Below the pieces are notes generated by a model. It saw nothing but the letters and a program-made list of their open reading frames with translations. It was not told the origin of the DNA and ran no database searches. A stretch of DNA of 64,000 nucleotides, taken from the NCBI GenBank assembly GCA_903923395.1, contig CAIXXM010000072.1:3849-67848 (forward strand), written 5' to 3'. A program made the position numbers and the translations under genes. Positions 10,110-21,518 of the stretch are shown here, piece by piece. The DNA is from an uncultured Acidobacteriia bacterium (GTDB taxonomy: Bacteria > Acidobacteriota > Terriglobia > Bryobacterales > Bryobacteraceae). Position 1 is the first letter of the stretch, and every line of letters begins with the position of its first letter.

Positions 10110-10478
10110 CTACTTCTTGTCCAGGGTCGAACCGCACTTGCGGCAGATCCGTGTGCGGCGGGTCTTTCCGCCCGCAACCTGCTCCACCGAATGGGCAATC
10201 CGAACCGGACCACACTTGGAGCAAACGATCATGAGATTCGAAACCGCGATGGCCGCTTCCTGTTCGGCAATGCCGCCCTTGATCTGGCGCTGCGGGTTCG
10301 GCTTCACATGCTTCTTGATCATGTTCACGTTCTCAACGAGAACACGGCCCTTCTCCGCCACGATTTCCAGAACACGGCCTTCCTTGCCCTTGTCCTTGCC
10401 AGCGATTACCTTCACGGTATCGTTCTTCTTCAACTGAATACGAACCGGCTTTTCAGCACTCTTCGCAACACCAGGCAT
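10110..10478 (-). CDS. rplX: 50S ribosomal protein L24 with C-terminal CxxC...CxxC zinc ribbon
   Basis: 122 aa. KOW motif ...GDTVKVIAGKDKGKEGRV... The tail CSKCG...CRKCG resembles Thermus-type L24. Confidence 0.95.
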   Translation of the reverse strand: MPGVAKSAEKPVRIQLKKNDTVKVIAGKDKGKEGRVLEIVAEKGRVLVENVNMIKKHVKPNPQRQIKGGIAEQEAAIAVSNLMIVCSKCGPVRIAHSVEQVAGGKTRRTRICRKCGSTLDKK

Positions 10479-10479
10479 A

Positions 10480-10848
10480 TTAGATCACCTCCGGAGCAAG
10501 CGATACGATCTTCATGTAGCGCTTGTCGCGCAGTTCACGGGCCACGGGCCCGAACACGCGGGTTCCAATCGGCTCACCGATGTCATTGATCAGCACGGCG
10601 GCGTTTGAATCGAACCGGATGTAGCTGCCGTCCTTGCGACGGGCTTCCTTCCGCATCCGTACGATCACGCAACGCACAACCTTGCCCTTCTTAATATTCG
10701 AATCCGGCGCAGCTTCCTTCACCGCAGCCGTCACTACATCTCCGAGACCGGCCCGGAGCCCGAGGTCGCCACCGCGCGGCAAAATGCACGACAAACGCCG
10801 TGCGCCGCTGTTATCGGCAACCTCCAGGATAGTTCTCATCCCGATCAT
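10480..10848 (-). CDS. rplN: 50S ribosomal protein L14
   Basis: 122 aa. [22 protein letters not shown]... Confidence 0.96.
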   Translation of the reverse strand: MIGMRTILEVADNSGARRLSCILPRGGDLGLRAGLGDVVTAAVKEAAPDSNIKKGKVVRCVIVRMRKEARRKDGSYIRFDSNAAVLINDIGEPIGTRVFGPVARELRDKRYMKIVSLAPEVI

Positions 10849-10884
10849 GGTTTTGCTCCCTATATTCCTTTCGAGCGGTTCCCG

Positions 10885-11232
10885 TTATGCCTTAACGTCG
10901 AGGTCTTTGGGCTGCAGTGCCCCCACCAGCGCAGAACGGCGAACCACTTCCGCCAGCTTCCAGCGCTTCAGCTTGCTCATCGGGCGGCATTCGATAATCC
11001 GAACCACATCGCCCACCTGAGCCGTCTGCTCCTCGTCGTGAGCATAAAACTTCTTGTGCTTGGTGATAATGCGCTTGTAGAGCGGGTGCGGCACGCGGCG
11101 GCTCACCTGGACCACGATGGTCTTTTCCATCTTGGTCGAGAGCACTTCGCCCACCTTCTCGGTTTTGTGGCTAGGCACGCCATCCACAACTGTCGCCACA
11201 ACCGGGGTCTGGACTGTGTTCTTTTCCGCCAT
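10885..11232 (-). CDS. rpsQ: 30S ribosomal protein S17 (N- and C-terminally extended)
   Basis: 115 aa. Core ...KTIVVQVSRRVPHPLYKRIITKHKKFYAHDE...GDVVRIIECRPMSKLKRW... Confidence 0.94.
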   Translation of the reverse strand: MAEKNTVQTPVVATVVDGVPSHKTEKVGEVLSTKMEKTIVVQVSRRVPHPLYKRIITKHKKFYAHDEEQTAQVGDVVRIIECRPMSKLKRWKLAEVVRRSALVGALQPKDLDVKA

Positions 11233-11450
11233 TATTTCGCCGTCCCTTCTTGACCAACGCTGGCTAATTCCCGCTGACGGAGATAAGTGAGAAGCCGGGC
11301 GCGATCCTTACGAATCTCGCGGACCTTCCGCACACCTTCCGTCTGGCCCATCGACATCTGAAACTTCAGCCGGAAAGCCTGCTCTTCCATTTCCCGCAGC
11401 TTGGTCTGCATTTCAGCGGGATCGAGCCCCCGCAGCTTGTCTTTCTTCAT
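11232..11450 (-). CDS. rpmC: 50S ribosomal protein L29
   Basis: [31 protein letters not shown]... from ATG 11450 (72 aa). The track ORF start at 11471 adds 7 residues. Either start is possible. Confidence 0.92.
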   Translation of the reverse strand: MKKDKLRGLDPAEMQTKLREMEEQAFRLKFQMSMGQTEGVRKVREIRKDRARLLTYLRQRELASVGQEGTAK

Positions 11451-11532
11451 GTCAGCCCTTTGCCTCAGCACTTGCCCCGCGCGTCCAGCTCTTTCAAAGC
11501 GCCGCCGGGACAGTTTGCAATCAAAACTTCTG

Positions 11533-11949
11533 CTATTCCACCGTTTCCCGCTGCACGAACTTCGTGGTCAACGGGATTTTGTGGGCCGCGAGACGCATCG
11601 CCGCCTGGGCGACGTCGGGAGCAACTCCCTCAATCTCAAACAAAATCTTGCCCGGACGGATCACTGCCACCCATTCTTCCGGAGCACCCTTACCCTTACC
11701 CATACGGGTTTCAGCGGGCTTTTTGGTGATCGGCTTATCCGGGAACAACCGGATCCACACCTTGCCACCGCGCTTGATGTAACGGGTCATCGCGATACGT
11801 GCGGCTTCAATCTGCCGCGCCGTGATCCAGCCACATTCCATGGCCTTCAGCGCGTATTCGCCGAACGCGATCGAAGAACCGCGCCAAGCTTTACCCGTCA
11901 TACGGCCCCGCTGTACTTTGCGGTATTTAACTTTCTTGGGCATCAACAT
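11533..11949 (-). CDS. rplP: 50S ribosomal protein L16
   Basis: 138 aa. [21 protein letters not shown]... Confidence 0.96.
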   Translation of the reverse strand: MLMPKKVKYRKVQRGRMTGKAWRGSSIAFGEYALKAMECGWITARQIEAARIAMTRYIKRGGKVWIRLFPDKPITKKPAETRMGKGKGAPEEWVAVIRPGKILFEIEGVAPDVAQAAMRLAAHKIPLTTKFVQRETVE

Positions 11950-11976
11950 ATGTCAGATCTCCTCGTGCCCCAATCC

Positions 11977-12936
11977 TTATTCCGCAGCCGGCGCTTCGCC
12001 GGTGCCATCGCCATCCTGCTTCCATGTCGGAGCCACAGGAGCCATCAACGGGGGAAGAATTGGTCCACCCGAACGCTGCGGCTGTTGAGCCGGTGCGGCC
12101 TGCACAGCAGCTACAGGTTCCCCAACGGCGCGTTCACCACGATCAGCAAACTGCCGATCAGAAGCTTGACGGTCGCCACCCTGCCGATCACCACCAGGAC
12201 GATCACCACCAGGACGGGGTCCACGGCGGTCACGGTCACGGCCACCACGATCGCGATCACGCTCGTTGCGGCGGGGCTCACCGTCACCAATACCACCGGT
12301 GCGCTTGCCACCAGGGAGAATTTCACCCTTGTACAACCACGCCTTCACGCCGATCACACCGTAGGTTGTGTGAGCTTCCGAGAAGCCATAGTCGATGTCG
12401 GCACGCAGCGTGTGCAGCGGCAACTGACCCTGCAGATACCATTCCGAACGCGCGATTTCCGCACCATTCAGACGGCCCGAAACGCGAACCTTGATCCCCT
12501 TGCAACCGAAACGCAGGGCACTGTCCACAGCCTTGCGCATCGCGCGGCGGAAAGCCACGCGCTTTTCCAGCTGCAGTGCAATCGATTCCGAAACCAGCTG
12601 CGCGTCGAGCTCGGGCTTATGCACTTCCTGGATATCGATGAAGACTTCCCGCTTCGTCGACTTCGCCAGAGACTGTTTCAGCTTTTCAATTTCAGCGCCC
12701 TTGCGGCCGATGATGATACCAGGACGGGAAGTCCGGATCGTCACACGGAGCTTATTGCCGGGACGGTCCACTTCCACCGAGCTGACACCGGCGGCCTTCA
12801 GCTGTTTGCGCAGACCTTCCTTCAGTTCCAGGTCTTCCTGCAGCAGCTGGGCGTAATTACCCTTCGAGAACCAGCGTGACCGCCAGGGCTTGTTGAAGCC
12901 AAGCCGGAAGCCGTATGGATGTACTTTCTGACCCAT
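11977..12936 (-). CDS. rpsC: 30S ribosomal protein S3 with ~105-aa low-complexity Arg/Asp/Gly/Pro C-terminal tail
   Basis: 319 aa. [13 protein letters not shown]..., a KH domain and an S3-C domain reach about ...[11 protein letters not shown]. The tail follows: ...[32 protein letters not shown]... Confidence 0.95.
   Translation of the reverse strand: MGQKVHPYGFRLGFNKPWRSRWFSKGNYAQLLQEDLELKEGLRKQLKAAGVSSVEVDRPGNKLRVTIRTSRPGIIIGRKGAEIEKLKQSLAKSTKREVFIDIQEVHKPELDAQLVSESIALQLEKRVAFRRAMRKAVDSALRFGCKGIKVRVSGRLNGAEIARSEWYLQGQLPLHTLRADIDYGFSEAHTTYGVIGVKAWLYKGEILPGGKRTGGIGDGEPRRNERDRDRGGRDRDRRGPRPGGDRPGGDRQGGDRQASDRQFADRGERAVGEPVAAVQAAPAQQPQRSGGPILPPLMAPVAPTWKQDGDGTGEAPAAE
12121..12300. repeat. short in-frame tandem/low-complexity DNA repeats encoding the GGDR(P/Q) tail of S3
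   Basis: Repeated CTGCCGATCA and GATCACCACCAGGAC units are visible at 12161-12215, followed by CACGGTCACGG/CACGATCGCGATCAC runs. Confidence 0.7.
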
Positions 12937-12963
12937 TCTGTTTTTCCTTGACGCCCGTTACAG

Positions 12964-13302
12964 CTAGGCTTTCTCCGCCACTTTGACCACAATGTGCGAC
13001 ATACGACGCTGGTACCGGTAGGCACGGCCCATCGGAGCCGGCCGGACCCGCTTCATCCGAGGACCTTCATTCACATAGGCCTCGCTGACATACAGGTTGT
13101 CCACATCCACGTTTTCGTCCTGGTTCTGGGCGTTGGCGATCGCCGACTTCAGAACTTTTTCCACCGCCGGCGCAATCCGCTTATTCACGGTACGCAGCGT
13201 AACCACCGCTGCCTCAGCCTTCTGGCCGCGGATCAAGTCCACCACCAACCGGGCTTTCTGCGCCGAAACCCGGAGATATCGAGCTTCTGCTCTTGCTTCC
13301 AT
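12964..13302 (-). CDS. rplV: 50S ribosomal protein L22
   Basis: MEARAEARYLRVSAQKARLVVDLIRGQ... begins at ATG 13302. The track ORF start at 13467 would overlap rpsS and adds 55 non-homologous residues. Confidence 0.95.
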   Translation of the reverse strand: MEARAEARYLRVSAQKARLVVDLIRGQKAEAAVVTLRTVNKRIAPAVEKVLKSAIANAQNQDENVDVDNLYVSEAYVNEGPRMKRVRPAPMGRAYRYQRRMSHIVVKVAEKA

Positions 13303-13327
13303 CGCTAGAATCCTCTTCTCCCGTTCC

Positions 13328-13612
<285 letters not shown>

Positions 13613-13615
13613 GGG

Positions 13616-14440
13616 TTACTTGCTCCTCCGTTTCACAATAAATTTGTCCGTACGCTTGTTGTTGCGGGTCTTGAAGCCGCGTGTCGGCTGGCCCCAGGGC
13701 GTCACAGGATGACGGCCACCGGAGGTCTTGCCTTCACCACCACCATGCGGGTGATCGACAGGGTTCATCGAAACGCCGCGGTTATGCGGAGCCCGGCCGA
13801 GCCAGCGGCTGCGTCCAGCTTTACCGAGCGCCTGGTTTTCATGATCGGAGTTGCTAACCACGCCAACCGTCGCCATGCAATCGCTCGAAACCCGGCGGGT
13901 TTCGCCCGAAGGCAGCTTCAACAGTGCCACACCGCCTTCGCGGCTAACCAGTTGGGCTTGCGTGCCGGCAGAACGGGCCATCTGTGCGCCCTTGCCAACC
14001 TTCAACTCAATGTTGTGCACCACGGTACCGGCAGGGATGTTCTTCAGCGGCAATGCATTGCCAACCAGGATGTCGGCTTGCGGTCCACTCTGCACGGTCA
14101 TCCCGACCTTCAGGCCTTCGGGCGCAATGATGTAGCGCTTTTCGCCATCAATGTAGTGGAGCAGTGCGATGCGTGCCGTACGGTTCGGATCATACTCGAT
14201 CGCGGCAACCTTCGCAGGAACGCCCGTTTTGTCCCGCTTGAAATCAATAACGCGGTACGACTGCTTGTGACCACCGGATATGAACCGGCTCGTCACGCGC
14301 CCCGTATTATTACGACCGCCGGACTTCGTGATCTTCTCGACGAGGGATTTCTCCGGCGTCTGCTTTGTGATGTCCTCGCGCGTCACCACCGTCATGTAAC
14401 GGCGGCTCGGGGTAAAGGGGGTAAATTTCTTGATTCCCAT
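13616..14440 (-). CDS. rplB: 50S ribosomal protein L2
   Basis: 274 aa. ...GRNN.GR.T.R..GGGHK..YR.IDF.R... and ...[26 protein letters not shown]. Confidence 0.97.
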   Translation of the reverse strand: MGIKKFTPFTPSRRYMTVVTREDITKQTPEKSLVEKITKSGGRNNTGRVTSRFISGGHKQSYRVIDFKRDKTGVPAKVAAIEYDPNRTARIALLHYIDGEKRYIIAPEGLKVGMTVQSGPQADILVGNALPLKNIPAGTVVHNIELKVGKGAQMARSAGTQAQLVSREGGVALLKLPSGETRRVSSDCMATVGVVSNSDHENQALGKAGRSRWLGRAPHNRGVSMNPVDHPHGGGEGKTSGGRHPVTPWGQPTRGFKTRNNKRTDKFIVKRRSK

Positions 14441-14461
14441 TGTTATTGTCCGTTTCGCCCG

Positions 14462-14749
14462 TTAGACTTCCGCGAATTCCGGGACTTTCTGTCCGGCCAC
14501 GAGCTTCACATAGGCCTTCTTCCAGTCCGAACGATAGCCGGCAAACTTACCCCGGCGCCGCAATTTGCCTTCGAAATTCGCCGTGCGAACTTCTTCCACC
14601 TTCACGTTGAACAACTTCTCAACGGCCTGCTTCACCTGAATCTTGTTGGCGTCCGCGTGGACTTCGAAGCACAGCGTGCGCTCTTCATCCTTCTTGGTGA
14701 CGCCCTTTTCAGTGACGAGCGGGCGCTTCAGAACATCATGGACCGTCAT
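14462..14749 (-). CDS. rplW: 50S ribosomal protein L23
   Basis: 95 aa. ...LKRPLVTEKG...CFEVHADANKIQVKQAVEKLFNVKV... Confidence 0.95.
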   Translation of the reverse strand: MTVHDVLKRPLVTEKGVTKKDEERTLCFEVHADANKIQVKQAVEKLFNVKVEEVRTANFEGKLRRRGKFAGYRSDWKKAYVKLVAGQKVPEFAEV

Positions 14750-14751
14750 GA

Positions 14752-15423
14752 CTAGCTCGCCGCCTCCGTATTCGCTGTAGTGGCTGACTTCGGTGCCGAC
14801 TTGGCGAGCGTTTCGCTCAACTTCGTCGCAGCAGCCTGGGTCAGGAACACCTTCTTCGCTCCAAGCAAGTGGTAGGGGTGAACTTCATGACTCTTCACGA
14901 GTTCCACACCTTCCAGATTGCGGCTGGAAAGTTCCAAGTTCCGGTTTTCCACCGCTTCCACTAACAACACTTTGTTCGGCGAGCCGAGCTTGGCGAGGGT
15001 GAGCTTGAAGTTCTTGCTCTTGTGATCGTTCAGATCGAAGGCTGAGATGATCGACAGCTGGCCGTCGCGAAGCTTCACAGAAAGAGCCGAACGGAGTGCA
15101 CCCAGGGCCATCTTCTTCGGCAGACGATAACTGTAATCGCGCGGTTGAGGTCCATGGACCGTGCCGCCATGACGCCAGATCGGGCTGCGAACCGAACCCA
15201 TACGGGCGCGGCCAGTTCCCTTCTGCTTCCAGAGCTTTTTGCCGGAACCTTCGACTTCACCACGGCCCTTGGTCGCGTGAGTGCCAGCGCGCTTGCCCGC
15301 CAGATAATGCCGGACCGCTTCATAAAGGAGGGCTTCGTTGACTTTTGCGCCAAACACCGCGTCAGAAAGTTCGACTTCGCCGACCTTCGAATTATTGAGA
15401 TCTAAAACATCTACCTTGGGCAT
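14752..15423 (-). CDS. rplD: 50S ribosomal protein L4
   Basis: 223 aa. ...KGRGEVEGSGKKLWKQKGTGRARMGSVRSPIWRHGG..HGP.PRDY... Confidence 0.96.
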   Translation of the reverse strand: MPKVDVLDLNNSKVGEVELSDAVFGAKVNEALLYEAVRHYLAGKRAGTHATKGRGEVEGSGKKLWKQKGTGRARMGSVRSPIWRHGGTVHGPQPRDYSYRLPKKMALGALRSALSVKLRDGQLSIISAFDLNDHKSKNFKLTLAKLGSPNKVLLVEAVENRNLELSSRNLEGVELVKSHEVHPYHLLGAKKVFLTQAAATKLSETLAKSAPKSATTANTEAAS

Positions 15424-15425
15424 GA

Positions 15426-16073
15426 TTACCTCTTCGCCCTCCGGACAACCACATAGCTGCCGTTGGGGCCCGGAACAGCGCCCTTCACTACAAGCACGTT
15501 GTCCTCGGTGTCCACATCAATGATTTCCAGGTTGCGAACCGTGACCTGTTCGTTGCCCATGTGTCCGCCCATGCGCATGCCGGGGACAACACGGGACGGG
15601 AAGCTCGAAGCACCGATCGAACCGGGAGCCCGGTGATGCATGGAGCCGTGGGAGTCTTCGCCGCCGCCGAACTTGTGACGCTTCACAACGCCCGCGAATC
15701 CGCGGCCCTTGGAAACACCGATCACGTCGACCTTATCTTTCACTTTGAAGTCGCTCACCAGAACCTGATCGCCAGCCTTCAGATCACCCTGCGAGGGGTA
15801 ACCCTTATCGAGGCGGAATTCCTTGAGGAACTTCGCACCCTCCGTGCCAGCCTTCTTCAGGTGACCGGTGGCCGGCTTGTTGATCCGCTTCGGCTTCACA
15901 AATTCGAGCAATCCGAGCTGGACGGCATCATAGCCATCGGTAGCTGGAGTCTTCCGCTGCACAACCGCACAAGGGCCAGCCTTGAGCAAGGTCACGGGGA
16001 CCACCTGCCCATCCGGCCGGAACACCTGAGTCATGCCTATCTTTTTGCCAAGAATTCCTGGACTCATCTTCAA
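15426..16073 (-). CDS. rplC: 50S ribosomal protein L3
   Basis: 215 aa. ...[13 protein letters not shown]...[33 protein letters not shown]... Confidence 0.96.
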   Translation of the reverse strand: MKMSPGILGKKIGMTQVFRPDGQVVPVTLLKAGPCAVVQRKTPATDGYDAVQLGLLEFVKPKRINKPATGHLKKAGTEGAKFLKEFRLDKGYPSQGDLKAGDQVLVSDFKVKDKVDVIGVSKGRGFAGVVKRHKFGGGEDSHGSMHHRAPGSIGASSFPSRVVPGMRMGGHMGNEQVTVRNLEIIDVDTEDNVLVVKGAVPGPNGSYVVVRRAKR

Positions 16074-16156
16074 CCTCAGGGAGACGGCTCACTTTCGCTC
16101 CGCCGGCGCTCCCGATCCTTCATCTCTTGCCGGCCCGGTGCCGGCTTACCTGAAAC

Positions 16157-16480
16157 TTACTGCTTTCCGAACGCTTTGATTTCCACGTCGACACCAGCCG
16201 GCAGGTCGAGTTTCATCAGGGCATCCACCGTTTGCTGCGTCGGCTCGAGAATATCGAGCAAGCGCCGGTGAGTCCGGATTTCAAACTGTTCCCGTGACTT
16301 CTTGTCCACGTGGGGCGAACGGAGCACTGTCGTCCGCGAGGTCGACGTCGGCAAGGGAATGGGACCAGCCACGCTGGCCCCCGTCCGTTTTGCCGTATCC
16401 ACAATCTCGCTCGTCGATTGATCGAGCACACGATGATCGTATGCTTTCAACCGGATACGAATGCGATCTTTTAGAGCCAT
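16157..16480 (-). CDS. rpsJ: 30S ribosomal protein S10
   Basis: 107 aa. ...[16 protein letters not shown]...GPIPLPT...[27 protein letters not shown]... Confidence 0.97.
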   Translation of the reverse strand: MALKDRIRIRLKAYDHRVLDQSTSEIVDTAKRTGASVAGPIPLPTSTSRTTVLRSPHVDKKSREQFEIRTHRRLLDILEPTQQTVDALMKLDLPAGVDVEIKAFGKQ

Positions 16481-16509
16481 CTCTTCACTCAGTCTTCCTT
16501 ACAATCTTG

Positions 16510-17697
<1,188 letters not shown>

Positions 17698-17744
17698 GAA
17701 CCCGAATCTCCTTCAATCACACTTGCGAATACGCTTGGTGGAAA

Positions 17745-19838
17745 CTACTCCGCTGAACTCTTGCCCTGCTGGCGGCTGATCACTTCTTCGGCCACGTTCT
17801 TGGGTACTTCTTCGTACCGTGAGAAGTGCATGGTGAAGCTGCCGCGTCCCTGCGTCGAGGAACGGAGCACCGTCGCATAGCCGAACATTTCAGACAACGG
17901 GACACTCGCCTTCACGACTGTCGTTCCGCCCATGGATTCCGTACCTTCCAGGCGACCGCGACGGCTGATGAGATAGCCATTGACGGGCCCCATGTATTCT
18001 TCCGGAACCACCACTTCCACTGCCATCACCGGCTCCAGCAGAACCGGCTTCGCCTTGCGTGCCGCTTCCTTAAAGCAGATGGAGGAGCAAATCTTGAACG
18101 CCATTTCCGAAGAGTCAACGTCATGGTACGCGCCGTCGAACAGCGTCACCTTGATATCAACCAGCGGGAAGCCAGCGAGTACGCCGCCTTCAAGCGATTC
18201 GAGAACACCCTTTTCAACGGCCGGGACGTATTCCTTCGGAACCGTGCCACCGACAACGTCGTTTTCAAACTTGTAACCTTCGCCCGGAATCGGTTCCACG
18301 CGGAGCTTGGTGCGGGCATACTGACCCGAGCCACCGGTCTGCTTCTTGTGCGTGTAATCGTATTCGGCGGTCTGGCGGATGGTTTCGCGGTACGCCACCT
18401 GGGGCTTGCCGACGTTGGCCACCACACCGAATTCGCGCATCATGCGGTCCACAATGATTTCCAAGTGGAGTTCGCCCATGCCGGAGAGGATGGTTTGACC
18501 GGTTTCCGGATCGGTCGCAACACGGAAGGTTGGATCTTCCTGGGCCAGCTTGTTGATCGCCATGCCCATCTTTTCCTGATCGGCCTTGGTCTTTGGCTCA
18601 ACGGCCAACTGAATCACAGGCGTCGGGAAGTCAATGCGTTCGAGAACAACCGGATCTTTTTCGTCGCAGATCGTGTCGCCGGTCGAAACAGTCTTGAGAC
18701 CCACAGCCGCGCAGATATCGCCAGCCATAATCTCTTGAATGTCTTCGCGCTTGTTGGCATGCATCCGGAGCAAACGTCCGACGCGTTCCTTGCGGCCCTT
18801 GGCAACGTTGTAGATCGACTCACCGGCAGACATCTTGCCCGAATAAACCCGGAAGAACGCCAACTGGCCGGAGAACGGGTCCGTCATGATCTTGAAGACC
18901 AGAGCGGCGAAGGGTTCGTCATCGGAGGAGTTGCGGATGACCTTGACTTCAGGATCGTCAACGGACTGACCCTGCACCGGAGGAATATCAAGCGGGCTGG
19001 GCAGATAGTCGACAACGGCGTCGAGCATCGTCTGCACGCCTTTGTTCTTGAAGGCCGAACCACAAATCACCGGGAAGAAGTTCATGGCGATAACCGCTTT
19101 GCGGATGCCAGCGCGGAGCTCAGCGACCGTAACTTCCCCACCGTTGACGTACTTCTCAAAGAGAACTTCGTCGTTTTCCGAAACCGCTTCGATCATCTGC
19201 TCGCGGTACTGCTGGGCCTTTTCGAGATAGTCGGCGGGAATATCGACCACGTCGAACTTCGCGCCCAGAGTTTCGTCGCGCCACAGAACTGCTTTCATTT
19301 CAACGAGATCAATGATCCCCTTGAACTGATCTTCCGCACCCACCGGGATCTGAATCGGCACCGGACGTGCTTTCAGACGGTCCACGATGGTATCTACAGC
19401 GCGGTAGAAATCCGCACCGATACGGTCCATCTTGTTGATGAAGCAGATACGGGGGACGCGGTACTTGTCCGCCTGACGCCAAACCGTTTCCGATTGGGGC
19501 TGCACACCAGCCACCGCATCAAACACAGCAACCGCACCGTCCAACACGCGAAGGGAACGTTCCACTTCGGCCGTGAAGTCCACGTGACCAGGGGTGTCAA
19601 TGATGTTGATCTGCATATCCCGCCAGCTGCAAGTAGTCGCAGCAGACGTGATCGTGATTCCGCGTTCCTGCTCCTGCTCCATCCAATCCATGGTGGCGGT
19701 GCCTTCATGGACTTCGCCGATCTTGTGGGAACGGCCCGTGTAATACAGGATGCGCTCGGTCGTGGTGGTCTTACCGGCATCGATGTGAGCAGCGATGCCG
19801 ATGTTTCTCATCTTCTCTAGGGGTATGGTGCGTGGCAT
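17745..19838 (-). CDS. fusA: elongation factor G
   Basis: 697 aa. [21 protein letters not shown]. str-operon position. Confidence 0.98.
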   Translation of the reverse strand: MPRTIPLEKMRNIGIAAHIDAGKTTTTERILYYTGRSHKIGEVHEGTATMDWMEQEQERGITITSAATTCSWRDMQINIIDTPGHVDFTAEVERSLRVLDGAVAVFDAVAGVQPQSETVWRQADKYRVPRICFINKMDRIGADFYRAVDTIVDRLKARPVPIQIPVGAEDQFKGIIDLVEMKAVLWRDETLGAKFDVVDIPADYLEKAQQYREQMIEAVSENDEVLFEKYVNGGEVTVAELRAGIRKAVIAMNFFPVICGSAFKNKGVQTMLDAVVDYLPSPLDIPPVQGQSVDDPEVKVIRNSSDDEPFAALVFKIMTDPFSGQLAFFRVYSGKMSAGESIYNVAKGRKERVGRLLRMHANKREDIQEIMAGDICAAVGLKTVSTGDTICDEKDPVVLERIDFPTPVIQLAVEPKTKADQEKMGMAINKLAQEDPTFRVATDPETGQTILSGMGELHLEIIVDRMMREFGVVANVGKPQVAYRETIRQTAEYDYTHKKQTGGSGQYARTKLRVEPIPGEGYKFENDVVGGTVPKEYVPAVEKGVLESLEGGVLAGFPLVDIKVTLFDGAYHDVDSSEMAFKICSSICFKEAARKAKPVLLEPVMAVEVVVPEEYMGPVNGYLISRRGRLEGTESMGGTTVVKASVPLSEMFGYATVLRSSTQGRGSFTMHFSRYEEVPKNVAEEVISRQQGKSSAE

Positions 19839-19864
19839 GGAAATCTATTCGGTTTCTGTTGTCA

Positions 19865-20338
19865 CTACCAGCGATAATGCGCGAAGGCTTTGTTGGCTTC
19901 CGCCATACGATGCACATCGTCGCGCTTCTTGATCGCCCCGCCGCGCAGATTCGCAGCGTCATTCAACTCATTGGCGAGCTTGTCCGCCATGCCCTTATCG
20001 GCACGGTTCCGCGCGTTGCTTACAATCCAGCGGATCGCCAGAGACGTCCGGCGAACCTGGGGAACCTCAATCGGCACCTGATAGTTGGCACCACCGACCC
20101 GGCGGGTCTTGACTTCGAGCAGGGGCTTGGCGTTCTCCACAGCCTTCTTGAAGAGCTTGATCGCCTCTTCCCCGCCGCCCTTTTCTTCGAGCTTCGTCAT
20201 GGCCGAGTAAAACAGCTTCTGTGCGGTGGCCTTCTTGCCGTCCCACATCATCGAGCAGATAAACTTCTCCGCGAGTGTCGATCCATACACGGGATCGGCA
20301 ATAATCTCCCGGCTGTCAGCGCGTCTCCGTCGTGGCAT
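19865..20338 (-). CDS. rpsG: 30S ribosomal protein S7
   Basis: 157 aa. MPRRRRADSREI..DP.YGS... and ...VHRMAEANKAFAHYRW. Confidence 0.97.
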   Translation of the reverse strand: MPRRRRADSREIIADPVYGSTLAEKFICSMMWDGKKATAQKLFYSAMTKLEEKGGGEEAIKLFKKAVENAKPLLEVKTRRVGGANYQVPIEVPQVRRTSLAIRWIVSNARNRADKGMADKLANELNDAANLRGGAIKKRDDVHRMAEANKAFAHYRW

Positions 20339-20365
20339 CTTCTACCTTGATCCTCTAAAAATCGT

Positions 20366-20779
20366 CTACTTCTTTTTCTTGGTTGCTGCCGCTGCGCCTG
20401 CTGCGGTCTGCTTCGGACGCTTGGCGCCGTACTTCGACCGGCTCTGCTTCCGGTTGGCCACGCCAGCCGTATCCAGAGCGCCGCGCACCACGTGGTAACG
20501 AACACCGGGAAGATCCTTCACACGGCCACCGCGGATCAGCACAATCGAGTGCTCCTGCAGGTTGTGACCCACGCCCGGGATGTACGTCGTGACTTCAATT
20601 CCGTTGGTCAGCCGGACACGGGCAACCTTCCGGAGAGCCGAGTTCGGCTTCTTCGGGGTCGAGGTGTACACACGGGTGCAGACTCCACGCTTCTGCGGAC
20701 AGCTCTGAAGAGCAGGGCTCGCAGTTTTCCAAGCGGGCGCTTTCCGCCCTTTTCGCACAAGTTGATTAAATGTCGGCAC
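20366..20779 (-). CDS. rpsL: 30S ribosomal protein S12 (Lys-rich C-terminal extension)
   Basis: 137 aa with a GTG start. [11 protein letters not shown]...[59 protein letters not shown] upstream. Confidence 0.97.
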   Translation of the reverse strand: MPTFNQLVRKGRKAPAWKTASPALQSCPQKRGVCTRVYTSTPKKPNSALRKVARVRLTNGIEVTTYIPGVGHNLQEHSIVLIRGGRVKDLPGVRYHVVRGALDTAGVANRKQSRSKYGAKRPKQTAAGAAAATKKKK

Positions 20780-21088
20780 TAACGTTCCTTACGTCGCGGA
20801 TATAATCTCGCGAAATCTCGCTAATCGCACATGCGCTCATCCGCTTGCAAGTCACGCTTTTTCAAGCGTTTCCCGCCTGCGGTGAAGCAACAACTGAACT
20901 GCGTCGGTTGATAAGCGGCTCGAATTACGCCGCCGAGGCTTAGGACAGGCCCATATCCACTGAACAAAGCATCAGGTCAGAACTCAAACCTGCGTCTGTC
21001 CGAAACAGCGGGACCTCGCACCGGCCGGACCCCCGACGCCGGGGGCGGTAGCCGGTAGCTCACAAACAAGCTACAGCCAAACTTTTAC

Positions 21089-21118
21089 AGGATATCCAAT
21101 GTTCTAATCGTATGTCAA
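21089..21118 (-). promoter_or_regulatory. candidate sigma-70-type promoter for the rpsL operon
   Basis: The minus strand reads TTGACA (21118-21113), an 18-nt spacer, then TATCCT (21094-21089). This would give a 5' leader of about 300 nt. Pattern match only. Confidence 0.3.
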
Positions 21119-21518
21119 CTTGATGTGAACAACGACGCCAACATTCGTGCACACGGGAGTGCGTCACGCGAGTTTCCCCTGCTTTGTAACAGTATCTATG
21201 TAGATTGGTATTGGCGTCAAGCGTGCCAAGAAGATTCGTTCCCGGAGCCGCAGGAGTAGCGGATCATTCGCAGTTGAAAGCTGTGATCAGATCAGCTGGC
21301 AGCTGTTCAAAGAAATCGTCTGCCAAACCAAATCCGTCCCAAAGGCCGAACACAGTTGTTTCAGAAGCCTCCTCGACTCAAGGCTTTGCGTCCTCTATGT
21401 TGCCCAACGACATAACTGGAACATATCATCCTGCCGGGTCGCTACTCTGTGGGTCCGCCAAATGAGTGGACACCAAGCAACCGCTCGCCAGCGCCCGAGG
21501 CTTCGAATTTCCCGTGTG

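Noticed and set aside
11401-12879. 492-aa plus-strand ORF
   Set aside because: Antisense to rpmC/rplP/rpsC, low-complexity and Arg/Thr-rich. The r-protein genes explain the region.
17826-19820. 664-aa plus-strand ORF
   Set aside because: Antisense shadow of fusA, with no recognisable motifs.
20801-20806. TATAAT hexamer on the plus strand
   Set aside because: It points away from any plus-strand gene, has no acceptable -35 element, and lies inside the rpsL 5' leader next to the SD.
21205-21465. 86-aa plus-strand ORF in the rpsL upstream region
   Set aside because: It has a Ser/Pro/Ala-rich, non-protein-like composition, a non-ATG start and no SD. The region is treated as non-coding.
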